From: Eledone cirrhosa
Taxonomy: Eukaryota
DNA length: 64,000 bases
Direction of reading: 5' to 3'
Assembly: GCA_964016885.1 (NCBI GenBank)
Contig: OZ024745.1
Coordinates: 134,478,001-134,542,000 of the forward strand
Below are positions 12,101 to 26,300 of this stretch, piece after piece. The notes under the pieces are model-generated. The model had not been told where the DNA came from. It made no database searches and saw only the letters and a list, made by a program, of their open reading frames with translations. Every line of letters begins with the position of its first letter. Position 1 is the stretch's first letter. A program made the position numbers and the translations under genes.

Positions 12101-15100
12101 TACGTTGTTTTCGGCATATCTTTTGTTTCTTGTTCATTCTGAATGTCGTTGTGTGTAAAACCTTCAAAGTCGGTATCGCTACTTTCACAAGCCATGTTGA
12201 TACACAAAAAATCTGTTCTACTTTCAACGTTAAAAAAACATGTTGTTTTAAGTTGTTTCACTATATTAAGTGTTAATTTTCGTGGTAAGGGCCTAATCAC
12301 GCAGTAATCTCGAATTGACGAAATTTTAATGATGGTTTGTTTATTTTTAGAACAATATTTTAGTGTGGGTGTTATCGGCCGGTTTCGGGCGGTTTGAACA
12401 CTAAGGGGTTAAAAATAACTACGTGGACTGAAAGATGGCATTATTATTTTTTTAATATATAAAAGTATCCAGTACACTCTGTAAAGTGGTTGGTGATAAG
12501 AAAAGCATCTAGCTGTAGAAAACCCACCAAACAAAGGATTGAGAGGACTTTTCAGTTGTGTCAAGGACACAACAACCTCATTAGTGTTAATGATTTACAT
12601 GATAAATGCTCCCAGTACACTCTGTAAAATGATTGATGATAGGAAAAGCATCCAACCATAGAGAAGCTTCCAGACAAAGGGTTGGGAGGACTCTTCAGGT
12701 GTGTCAAAGACATGACAACCTCCCTAGTGCTGGTGCTATGATAAAATGCACCCACTAAAACAAGGTAACATTTTTGTAAATGAGAGGCAGACACCCTACC
12801 CACATGAGCACCTAGTATGGTGCAAGAACATGACGGAGTAAGATAGAAGCCACTGGCTCATCCGAGTGGTCAGTAGCTCTGCTTGAGTACTGATTTAGTC
12901 AGTGATGACTTGTCCAACCCTTGCTAGCAGGCAAAACACTTTAAATAAGGATGAGGAGGATGAACTTATTTTGACATGTATAATATATGTAAGACCTAAA
13001 AAAAGTATATAATTCAGAATATTAAAAATAAATTTCTCTATTCAATCTTTATTTTTAATCAAATTCTTTGAAGAATTTTTTTTTAATTTAGAAATCTTGA
13101 TATTGTGGCTATAAAACTTTGTTTTGAAATTTGCAGATTCGCTATATGGACAGCAGAGAAGATGAACAGCTACGAGGGATTACTATGAAATCCAGTGCAA
13201 TTTCTTTACATTATGTACTTGGTATGTTAATATTATTTTTATGATATTTTTGTAGAGTATGAAATAAAATGAAGTTTATTACAACTCTGTCTTGAACTGT
13301 TTCCTAAGTTCTAGAAAACTAATACTTGTAGTGACCCATCTGGACACTCTTCTAGTGACTCAACTGGACACTCTTCTAGTGACTCAACTGGACACTCTTC
13401 TAGTGACCCATCTGGACACTCTTCTAGTGACCCATCTGGACACTCTTTGCATGGATGTTTCCTGAATCCTCTTATACATTGTCTGTTACATCTAGAGCCC
13501 TGTTTTCTTGTCAGTATGGCAAGCATCCTTCTGCACTTCTTGTGTAGCTATTATTGGTATTTAGTACATTAAGTTTCTAACAAACAACTACATACATATT
13601 GAGATAGCATATGTTTTCAGCATCAGTAATCTGTTATGAGTCTGTAGTATCTCTGGTTTCATATCCTTAGTTTTCTCATTAACCAAATTTGTACTATGTT
13701 CTACAGCTAACTCCACAAGAGGTAGGCTCTCTCTTGCACATGGCTTAGTGGTTAGAGCATTGGCCTTGCAATCAAAAGGTTGTGAGTTCAATTCTCAGAC
13801 CGGGTGATGTGTTGTTTCCTTAGCAAGACACTTTATTTCACATTCCTCCAGTTCAATCAGCTGTAGAAATGAGATGATAGGGACTGGGGTCCCTATCATT
13901 CCACTGCAAAGTGGTCGTGGAGGTGACACAGAAAAAAAAGCACCCAGCACTCACTGTAAATGAGGTTGGTGTTACGAAGGGCATCCAGCTGTAGAAATCA
14001 AGCCAGAATCAGTTCCCGTCCCACCCTTGCAAGCAGGGAAAAGCGGACATAAAATGAAATGATGATGATGATGATGATTGCTTATTCAACAACCTCTTGT
14101 GTTCACATAGAATGTATACATAGATGTGCATGGAGGCTATAACTAGAAATGCATAGAGAGTAAACCAACTGTTCTTCATGTGATAGTTCTTTGACTACTC
14201 TCTAGTTAAGTAAGCAACATGCAGTTTTAATTAGTTGTAATTACAAAAGATCTTCAGCTTTTACATTCTCCATGTTTAAGTCATGATATTCAACCTAAAC
14301 TTGCTGACTTCAAGTCTGTTGGAGGTACATTTCCTTTTCAATGAGAGATTATTTGTCTAAGGATGTTTTTTTTTTCACAAATTTGTCATTTTAATGAAGT
14401 CACTAAATGGATTATTCCTTTATTTCAGAACAAAATGATTATTTGATAAATCTAATTGATTCACCTGGACATGTTGACTTCTCAAGTGAAGTGTCAACAG
14501 CTGTGCGTCTTTGTGATGGTGCTATTATTGTTGTTGATGTCATTGAAGGAGTCAGCCCTCAAGTTAGTAACATTTTATTTTCATTTTCATTTAAAAAATA
14601 ATCTTATATATGTCTAATGATTTATCACATTAAAAATAAAACGGTGTCATTAACCCTTTATCATTTACATTACTCTATATATACTATTATATTTTCACGG
14701 TAAAAGCTTTATCCCTCATAATTATCTCACGTAATATCGAATCTATGAGATTTTGATGCTATTTATTTTGAGAACAATACCTTAATATCAATATGAGTGG
14801 CCATTTATGGCTGGTTTGAACAGAAAGAGGTGAGAGAATCCTGGGCAGATACAACCGGTTTAAATGCTAAAGGGTTAAGAAGTTCTGTTTCCAACCCCTC
14901 ACTGTTTGTTAGCTTGGGCACATATCTTCTCCCAAATATTTGGGTTAGCTAATAATTAATTTGTGGGTGGAAGTTTTTTGTGTATATGTGTATATCTTCC
15001 AACAATGTATATTGATGAAGGGCATAAACATTAGCAATGAGAAAATGAAAAACCAGTACTTTACAAAGTCGTCAGATATTTTTTCTATCACTCTTGCTTC

Positions 15101-18100
15101 TAGAAATGCAGTGAACTAGTGATTGGTCGATTGCAAAGGTGTAGCCAATTGCCATATAAAATAAGGTGTTCACAATATAATGCAGGTTTTTAAACATTAA
15201 CTTTTAAATAACATATCTCAGTCCAGAATAAACTTTATTGACCAATAAAAACCATTGGAATGTACACATTTTTCCAACAAGATGCAAATTTATTTATCCC
15301 GGTAGTGTAGAATTCTAAAGTTGTAGAAGCGATGAACTCTTTGAAGGCATTTTTGTGGCTGTTTGTTGTTGACTTTCCTTTGCAAGAAGTCATTGAAAAG
15401 CTTGAAAAAGCTGTAGCCAGTTGGTGAAAAAATCCAGTGAGTATGTTGGATGAACAATTCATTTAACTTCTGGAGCATTGGGTGTGCGATGTGTAGAAAC
15501 AATTATCATGCAAAAGGATTGGACTTTGTTCTATTGACAATATTTCTCTGCTGTGGTTATTTCGTCACGAGAAAACTGTAGTAGATTAATCTGGCTGCAG
15601 ACCATCAAAAGGCTATTATAACTATCTTTTGGTATAACTTGAGCTTTGGGAAATGTTTAGGAACTTCATCTCAGTCCAGCCACTGTACTGAACATTGTTG
15701 TTTGTCGTACAAGATCTACTTTTCATTGCATGTTACAATGCAATAAAAAAAATGGGTCCTTTTTGTTGTGAGAAAGAAGCAAAGAACAGACTTCATAACT
15801 GATTTTTCTGTTTTTTTCTCAATTTGTGCCACCCATTTTTCAAGGTTCTTTGACTTTTCAATTTGATTTAAATATTTAGAAATTGTTCCAATGCTTACAT
15901 CTAGCTCTCCTGCAAGCTCTTGAAATTAGTTGTCAACTAGCAATAACCATACCTTGGATGGTTTTCAATATGGATATCACTCATTTTTGCTTTAACCCTT
16001 TTGATACTAAACTGTCCTTGAGTCTACAATACAAAACTATTTGAAAATGTGGGAATCCTGAATGCAGAAAATAAGTTTAACAACAGTTGATTACTATAAA
16101 TAATAGCTTAGAAAATAGAGTAAAATGTCCCTTAGAGATGGTTGGCCACTTTTTTTCCATCTCTATAGAGTATCTTACCTGATTTTTCAAGTTATTATTT
16201 ATGGCAATCAACTGTTGTTATACTTACTTTCTGCCTTTGGGATTCCCACATTTTCAATTTTCAAATGACCCAGTGCTTTGATAATTCATAATACAAAACT
16301 ATTTATTTTAAAATGGTTATTTTTATATAAAAAGCTTCCACCATAATTTTATGTAAGAATCTTTGTTCCATACATAAATTAATAATCAGAAAGTTATTTT
16401 ACTAAATTCATCAAAATTCTTGATAATTGTCCAAGTTATTTGAAAATAGCTGGTAGTGTATTTCGTTAGAAATATGGTAACAACAGGGTTACTGATTACA
16501 AAGAAGACATGTATGTGGCTATAATATACTTGCTCTAACAATTTAAGGTAATATTCAAATTTACTGACTATTATGAAAAAATTGATTTTGAAGCAACTGT
16601 CTGTATTTTGTTGAATTAAAGCAGAAAAAATACACGTAACTTGTTTCATTCTAATTAACTTCAGAAGGTATCTTTCTAAATAAAGCTCAGTCAGATAAAA
16701 TTAGAATGTCTTTGTAAATTAGATGTAATTTATCGAACGATTATTGATTGTGTTAGTGTAATTTATTACGTTAGACTCATGCTGTGTTACGACAAGCCTG
16801 GCAGGAAGGTATTAAACCAGTTTTAATGTTGAATAAAATTGATCGACTGATAGTTGAACTCCACATGGAACCACAACAGGCATATTTACATCTTCAACAA
16901 ATTCTGGAACAGGTAAGCTTATCTGCTCTTCTCTTTTACTAATAGTTCATCACTCATAATAGTTAGAATTCATCTTCTAAATGTTTCAAATATTAATTAA
17001 AACTTGGTAGCCACACACTGTAACAAACAATGCAACACCTGCATGGAAAGTGGATGTAAAATGATTAGTGATTTTTTATTTTTTTGCCTGCATATAGCCT
17101 GCATTGCTTTCTGTGTTTGGCCTAATCTCAGACATGACAGCCCATCTGACCCAGGCGGTCATAGAAAATAGGTGTTTAACTATGCTGCTGCTGCTGATGA
17201 TGATATATACCTCCCCTGTTACATTCCTGGTGCACCAGTATTGTCCAACCCATGCATGCAGAGCCAAGTACAACTCATTCTCTTCAAGGTTACCCCCATG
17301 ACACATTGACTGCTCTCTCACTGTCGGATGCTTGCTATTTTTGTATGATAAAACACACTCATGCCAAAATTGGAGTGAATGAGTAAGATGTAGTTACCTA
17401 ACCTCATAACTTGACTGGCCATCTAACCCATGCAAGCATAGAAAATAGATGTTAAATTATGATGATGTTTGAGTGGCCTATAAATGTGTGTATGAGATTG
17501 GTCTGGTTAATGTGTAGCTTAAATGAAGGTTAATCTATTATATGAATACATTGGAAGATATAAGCTTTTATAAATCACCAATCTTCAGATTGAAGACCTG
17601 CATTGATGATGAAAGATTTTTGTTTTATATTAACTATTTAGGATATACAAAAATTATTAATAATAATCTAAAAGTGAAAGGCAGACTGTATGATGCTTGT
17701 ATACAAACGGGGATGTTACATGGTAGTGAGAGCTGGCCGTTGTGTGCTGAAGACTTGCGTAGATTAGAAAGAAATGAAGCTTGCATGCTCCGATGGATAT
17801 GTAATAGTAATGTGCGCGAATGGCGAAGCATAAACGAATTGAGAGATAGACGAAGCATAAGAGGTATCAAATGTTGTGTTCTGGAGAGGAGACTGCGTTG
17901 GTATGGACATGTGATGCGTATGAAGGATGACAGCTGTATAAAAAAGTGCAGAGCAACGAAAATTGATGTAAGCTACGGAGCGGGTAGACCAAGAAAAACC
18001 TGGGATGAGGTGATAAAAACTGACTTTGTTCACTTACACCTCTCTAAGACAATGTCACTGGATTGAGATCTTTGGCGCCATGCAGTTGTACAGAAGATCC

Positions 18101-20367
18101 ACCTTCCCTTGCATTCAAACCTACAGTCAGTAAGCACCCCACACACCCTACTCCATCCTCCCATTTCCATCCATTGTGTCGGTGACACAACAAAAAGCAC
18201 TCAGTCCACACTGTAAAGTGGTTGTGTAGGAGACACGGTAAAAAGACTCCCAGTTCACACTGGAAAAGTGGGTGGTGTTAGGAAGGGCATCCATCCATAG
18301 AAGACCTGCCAGAGACAGCTCCATATGAGTGCAATACAGTCTCCCGACCAATCCCGCATCAAATGGAACAAAACCGTCTAACCCATGCTAGTATGGAAGA
18401 TGGACGTTAAACGATGATGATGATTATTATTATTTCAGAAATAAACTATAAATTTCTGCTCTTCATTTTCCTTTTTTTTTTTTATTTCCTAGATCAATGT
18501 TTTAACTAGTGAGTTGTTTACTTCAGACTGGATGGAGAAAACTTCCAATGTAAGTTTATTTTATATACTTTATGCATGTAATTATTTTTATTTTGAAATA
18601 AATATTTATATCAGCTTCACCCTTTCATTACCATGTGTAGGTGTCACAACAAAAAAACACACAGTCCATGCTGTAATGTGGCCGTGTGGGTAACACGGTA
18701 AAGACCTCCCAGTCCACACTGTAAACGTGGTTGGTGTTGGGAAGGGCACCCAGCTGTAGAAAACCCGCCAGACGTGTAGGTGTCACGACAAAAAAAACAC
18801 ACAGTCCACGCTGTAATGTGGCCGTGTAGGTAACACGGTAAAAACTTCTCAGTCCACACTGTAAACGTGGTTGGTGTTAGAAAGGGCATCCAGCCGTAGA
18901 AAACCCGCCAGACAGTCCTATACGAGCAGGACAACAAATCTTGCCTCAAGTGAGAAAACTCCCGTCCAAACCCATGCAAGCGTGGAAGATGGACGTTAAA
19001 CGATGATGATGATGATCTCTAATGAAAAACACTAATAAATTATGAAGTAAGAATTTGGAGGGATTTAGCAATACAGTTAACTTTTTCAATGTTAAGTTGT
19101 TTGGAATGTTTTTATATGAATACAAACATTTTAAAATAAACAGTAATGATTTTAACGAAGAGCATTTCAGTAATGAAAGGGTTAGGTATTTTTATATTAG
19201 TTCAGTGAGTATCTTGTTTGAATACAAATAATAAAAACATTATTAGAAAAATTGGTTTCTAAATAATAATGTAAATAAATGTTACCATTCCTATGTAATG
19301 TCTCAAAAAAACTGTTACTGTAGTATTATGAGATCAGTACAAACTTTCAAAAGTTGTTGATTGAGGCTCGCAAAACTAATGCAACAAATCTAAAATTAAG
19401 AAAAAGTTCATTTGTTGGGTGTATAATTGAAAAGTTTTCTAATAGCTTTTAATTTGTAGTTTTGCTTTTCAATTTGGGAGATTTTGAAAAATAACTTCCC
19501 ATGATATATTCTAATCGATACTTCCACATTAGAGTATCTGTTGCATGCTGAGTGTGAATCACAGATTCATTTGCTCAATTGAAACTAATTAGGGCTAATC
19601 ATCAATAACATATACTCTTTTGATACCACTAAATAAAGATGAAATCTTCATTGATGTTTGAAAAAAATTGTTATATATATTGATTCAGAAGTAGTGAGAG
19701 AAAAGTAACTTTTAAAAAATGTTCAGAATTCATTGAAGCCACAATCATAATAATACAATAGTTTAAATCCTACCATTTACTTAACAGCAAATTGTACAAC
19801 CAGAGAAATGATTTTTTTTTAAAGTATTAACTTTTTTTTATATTGAAATGGTTTTAAATATAAGAAAGTAAAATGTTTTGAAAATAAAAGAAATAATATT
19901 TTAAAATTTTGTAGATGCCAAGTAATTCAAGTGAAAACTCTGAGGTAAATATTTTTTTTAGAAAACATTTTCATTTTATTTTCTTGAAACCATGTATAAT
20001 GACACAAAAATATGAAATGATGAACAAAAATGATTTAAAAAAAGAAAGAGGGGGGGGGGGGGGGCAAATCGCCAGTAAGTGTGGCAATCGGCAACACCTC
20101 ACACCTTGGGGGTTAACTACACTTTCAGGCAAGCCAACACGCTCGCAACATTACCACGGGTCATGGCAAGGCTAAGGTGCTGAAATAACCAGACACCCTC
20201 ACGGGCATCACCTGACACCTCAGTAAGGTGAGCTGCCAGTGAAGACAACAACTTTACTGTCAGTAGCCCAACTCCACCGAACGTCTCGAATGCCACAGGC
20301 TGGAAAAAATAATTGTTTTATAAGTCCTGGTATTTCCGGATTTTATTCCTTTCGGCAGCAGAAGCAG

Positions 20368-20398
<31 letters not shown>

Positions 20399-23300
20399 AA
20401 CATTCACCTTGGCATCCATGATGTGGAGGGGAAATAATATTGTAAATGAAAACAAAGTCAAATATATTTTTATAAATCTATCTTGAAAGCAAATGTACAA
20501 TTTGACTATTCAAAATGTACCATTTTCCCAATTAAATTCATCAAAGACAAACGCTGGCCATGGGAAATATTAATTTTAACTTTATCTCCTAGAAAGTATT
20601 TAGTTAGTTTTGGAATTTACAATCCTATCCAATTCAGATTGGTTTATAAGATCTAATGTACATTATTACCAGAAATGTGGTGCAAATCCCAGAACCCATA
20701 TATGACAGTATAACAATCTAGTAATAATTGTTTCCACTTTTGGCACAAAGCCAGCAATTTGAAGGGAAGGGGAACGTTGATTAAATTGACCCAAGTGCAT
20801 TATTGGTACTTCATTTTATTGAACCTGTAAGGATGAAAGGCAAAGCCAACCCTGTCGGGATTTGAATTCAGAAGGTAATGGGCTGTAACTGTATGCCACA
20901 AAGCATGTCTGATGCTCTACCGATACTGCCAATCAACTACCTATGCTACATAGCATGTCTGATGCTCTACCGATACTGCCAATCAACTACCTATGCTACA
21001 TAGCATGTCTGATGCTCTACCGATACTGCCAATCAACTACCTATGCTACATAGCATGTCTGATGCTCTCCCGATACTGCCAATCAACTACCTATGCTACA
21101 TAGCATGTCTGATGCTCTACCGATACTGCCAATCAACTATCATATAACAGTCTAATAGTAGTAATAATTTTAACCCATTTCATTCAAAACTTTTATGTAA
21201 GAACCTTTGGTAAGCTCTTCCAAACACTAGTTTAGTAAGAATATTAATTATATTACTAAATCTCCCCAAATTCTTGATTATTTTCAAAAAGATTTCAGAA
21301 TTACAGGCAGTGCCTTTTATTAGAAATGGGATAAAAGATTGCATTTTATTTGAAAAAATTGCTAAAAGTACATTCTGACTAAAATTTTGATTATTCATTT
21401 GACAATATATACAATATACAAACACGAATAAATAATGGGTTCTAGTTTAGGCACAAGACCAACAATTTTGGCAGAGGGGAAAGTCAATTAAATCAACTTG
21501 TACTGATACTTTATTTTATTGACCTCACAAAGATGAAAGGCAAAGCTAACCTCAGCAGGATTTCAACTCAGAACGTAAAGGGACATAACTCTATGCTGCA
21601 AAGCATGGTGTCTGATGTTCTACCAATACTGTCAATCCACAAATAATAATAATAATCTTTTGCATTGGTACAAGTTCACATATCTATGTGCCAGGTATAG
21701 TTGATTGAATTAACTCCAGTATATTACTGATATTTATTGAACTCTGGAATAAGGAAAATTAAAATTGACCCTGGTAGAATTTGAACTCCAAATTTAAGGA
21801 GACAAATAACTACCACAAGTCATTTGATATCAGGTTTTGATGTATTTAAATATAAAGTAAAAACTAAACTGAACTGCTCTCTATCTAATGATTGCCTGAA
21901 AGCGTGTTAGAATATGGTTACTTTGTAATGAAAATATAACATCCCAACACCCCATCCTTCACCAGAGAAGTACTCCACCCTATTCCAATGATGATTCTAT
22001 TTGTATATGGTTTAGAATAGGTACACCATCTCCCTGCATGTTCTAAGAAGCGACTAAAGGGGTTAGTGTCAGGAAGGGCATCCAGCTGTAAAACATTGCC
22101 TCTAGAAGGCCTGTCCAACCCAAGCCAATATGGGAAAGTTGATGTAAAAATGACAAATTTTCTCTAGAACATTCTTTTCTCTCTCTTTAGTTGTTAATGT
22201 TATTATAGATATGTGTAATTGGGGGAAACTGTTTGAAGCCCATTTGATGGACTGTATCTAATTCAAATGGCCAGCCTTGTCATGCTGAATCTTTCTGAGG
22301 ATCACAATGTCTCTGTGGCCACTAACATGTTAATTTAATGAGCAGACTGTTTGCCTCATACACCAAACAACTATAACCCCCATCTTCAAAACTGGCAGAG
22401 ATCCATTCTATATACAAGTCAAAATTCATATATTTATTTTATGAAGGTTCATAGCCTAGTGGTTTGGGTGTTAGGCTCACGGTCATTGTCATAGTTTCAT
22501 ATCCCAGTGTCCTTGAGCAAGGCACTTCATTTCACATTGCTTCATTTGGCATGCCATGTCACCAGTGCCAGGCTATATCCGCATTTGCTTTAGAAACATT
22601 GTTGGCATGGAGAGACTTGCATGCAGAGGCAACTGCCCAGATTTGTTCCTTTGGAGAAGAACTTTCCAGGTGCAGAGCCATGGTCAATTATTAACCAAAG
22701 GGTCTTTTATGTGAGACAAGGTGTGTTTCTAATTAGAATGGAAAGTTATAGCTTCAAAGCTTATAGGATTTATTGAAATGTAAGATTTACAAACAATAGC
22801 AGGACAAAATTTGTATGAAATCATCATCACCACTATTGTTTAACATCTGTTTTCTATGCTTACATGGGTTAGACGGGTTGAGACAAGTCAGGTGACCATG
22901 CCTTGCTTATATGGAACTATTTTTGGTTTGGTTTTTATGACTTGATGCTCTTCCTAATGCCAACTTACAGGGTCTACTGGGTTCCTTTTCCTTATGTCAT
23001 GAACATGACCACTGTATTGGAGGGATTTGATATTTTTTTGTTGTGTTACCAGCACAACTGCCTTATACCGTAGACTGGGTGATTTTTATTGTCACAGCAC
23101 ATAGTTAATACTGGCTTAATGCTTTTGAAACCAACATGGTTCTATGATACATTAGAAAAATGTTTATTTTATATAAGAACTTTTATTATGTTCCAAATGC
23201 CAGCCTAATAATGAGAAATCTCTCCTAATTTTTTTATTATTTTAAAAGTTATTTGGAAATTATAGTTAGTGTCTTTTATTAGAAATATGGTAATGTATTC

Positions 23301-26300
23301 TAAGCATGTATCATTGGTTGTCACTTATATTGTAGACTTGGTCAGCAGACTTGAACATGGTTTTAGAAGAGGGAGATGACTCTCACATTTACTTCTCTCC
23401 AGATCAAGGCAATGTCATATTTGCTAGTGCCTTGGATGGCTGGGGTTTCAGGTAAACCTTCTCAGCACTTACTCATAGAAGGCTTTTTTATTATTAAAAA
23501 AAAAACATTGAAATATTTTTATTAAATCATAAATTTTATTCTATGATATTAACAAATTTAATTTTGATGTTCACATAGCAAGAAAAATAGATGTTAAATG
23601 GTGATGATTGTGATTTTATTTATTTAAAAGGCAGCAGAGTTAGCAGAATTGTTAAAAGTTGAACTAAATGATTTTGCAGTATTTGTTCCAGATCTTTATA
23701 TTCTAAATTTCAATCCTGCCATGGTCTACTCTTCTTTTCGTCCTTCTTGGGCAGGGTCCCCAAACTTTTTAGACCCATTCATGGAATCCTTTATCTCTCA
23801 TGTACATTAGTGTAGGAAACTGCATACCAAACGTTGCTTTCAATATACATCAGTATGGGAAACTGCATAACAAGCTCTGCAAAACTGTTGGTCTGTGAAT
23901 GTTTCATGAAATATAGGGAAACAAAAAGGAAAAACTGTTTACTGTCATTTGTGTCAGAGAAGTTTCATGACAGACAGAAAAGCTGAACTTCTCAGATCCC
24001 TATACTATACATGTACACTACCTTTCCATTACTCCTGGTTTCCATACCTAACCCAACCTCAATAATAATGAGAGAGAAACTTCATAAATAATATAGGTAG
24101 CATTAAATATATTAAAAATAGATTAGGATACCTTCTTATTGAATTGGTTGACATCATTAATGGGAAGGATGTGTTTGATGAGCATCAGCAAGGACATTTA
24201 TATTTAGTTGGAGATTGGTGAGTTGTAAGTCACCACACTCTTCCTGGCTCAGTCTGTTCCTCTGCTTTGTTAGAACTGCATATACATGGTTAAAACCAGC
24301 TTCAACAATGTACGAACTTGGGAATGCAAGTAAAACTTGCTCAACTGCTGCATTAAGCTTGTGGCATTTATTAGTAATATTTACATTGCTCCAATAATCA
24401 CTGAGGCTTTTACTTCTGAACAATGATTTAACTTCGAGATTCACACACATATCAACGAGTTTCTCTTTGTCTGCATTTTCTATTTCCAAATCAAGCGAGG
24501 TAATAATCCAGGTGGAGACATACATATTCTCCAGGTCCTCGAAGTGTACTTTAAAGTCTTTCCTGGATTTTTATATTGTTATACTTTGGGAGGGTCATGC
24601 TACCAATAAAAACATACGTACCTGTTGGTTTTCACTTCAATTTATTATAAAATTCCGGTTGGTTGGTTCGATAACGGGATGGTTGTTTATATATTGTCAA
24701 AGCTCTTTCGTCACATTCTGTGACCTCCTCGGTGACTGGGTTTTTATTTTGTGCCTCTCCTTTGTTCTGTCCTACACCATCTTGTTTTGTGTGCTGTGTG
24801 CTTGGTTTGCGCATGCGGAATGTGTGATGATAGAGCTTTGACAATATATAAACAACCATCCGGTTATCGAACCAACCAACCGGAAATTTATAATAAATTG
24901 AAGCGAAAACCAACAGGTGCTTGTGTTTTTATTGGCAACATGACCCTCCCAAAGTATAACAATAACTAGTATTCTATGGGCTTGAATAATTGTAACATCT
25001 TTACATTATTTCTTATATGAATGTCAGCATTCAACCCCAAAAGTTCAATTGACTCCCTTTTGACCCCAATGTATTTAACAAGCCCCTTGAAGAGTTCCAT
25101 CAACCCCCAAGGGTCGATATTGACCACTTTGGAGATGCCTGTTCTAGGGTGATAATAATAATGAAATATTGTGTACAGTGCTCAGGTGCACTACAACTCA
25201 TCAAAAAGTGTATGTATAGTACATAGGGTAATGCACAAACGTCATGAAAATGAATAGTGCATGAGTCATGATATACACGTGTGCATGTGTATGGCAGGGG
25301 TACATCAGGTGTAGTTTTGGCGAATTTTGGGAAGCATGAGGGTTTTAAAAGATGCAGGGTCTCGGCAGCTAACAACTGACGCAGGCAGTTTGTTCCATGC
25401 TTCAGCAACTCTGAGCGTGAAAAAATGTTTCTGAAAGTCATGGGAGCTGTGCTGTTTTCTGATTTTGTAGGCATGTCCACGTGTGTTAGACACATGGAGA
25501 ATAAATTAAAAACTAGTTAAGTACTGGAAGTAGTTTAATCAACAGCAAAATCTACAAAACATTCCTATAAATGTGTACGTATGTTAACATTATTACAATG
25601 AATTTATTTTTATTTTTGCTAGCATCAGTCACTTTGTTAATATGTATTCAGAGAAGCTTGGTATTAATGCTGCTGTTTTAAACAAGACTCTCTGGGGAAA
25701 CTACTATCTCAATTCAAAAGCCAAAAGAATAATGAAAGGTGCTCAAGTAAGTACTTTGATTTATTCTGTTCTCTCTCTCAGTTTTCTTCTTAGGAGTATT
25801 TCCTCATGCTTGAGAGGAATGGAAGATGGTTGATTAAGCAGACATATGATAAATGGTATTCCAACCATGGATTACATTATCTGATGTGTCCTTTCCTTAA
25901 TTAACATTAGGTGTGACTTAAGGTTAATCTAGCTGCTGTTTCTAGCAGATTGAGCAACCATATAGAGGCTCCCTCGTCTTAGGGTGGAATTGTTAATATG
26001 GCTTGTGTTTAGCTTGAATTATAAAGTGGTCATATAAGAGACACAGTAAATGTGGTTGGTGTTAGGAAGGGCATTCAGCCATAGAAAACCTGCCAGAAAC
26101 AGTTCTGTACAAGCAAGATACGGTCACCCGACCAATCTTGCCTCAAGTGGGACAAACCCTTGGAAGATGGATGTTAAACGATGATGATTGGTTTGATGTT
26201 AAAGTTTGTCCCAAGTTCAAAGGTTCATTAAGTTGGTGCTTATTCCAGTTTTATTGGTATTAAGCAACTGAGAATACACAATGGGATGCCAATCTGTTGC

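Noticed and set aside
13311-13526. ORF with ECPDGSLE repeats
   Set aside because: Product of an intronic 24-bp tandem repeat
13736-13810. tRNA-like A/B boxes (also at 28470-28544, 36085, 51325)
   Set aside because: SINE heads continuing into core and tail; no clean cloverleaf or terminator
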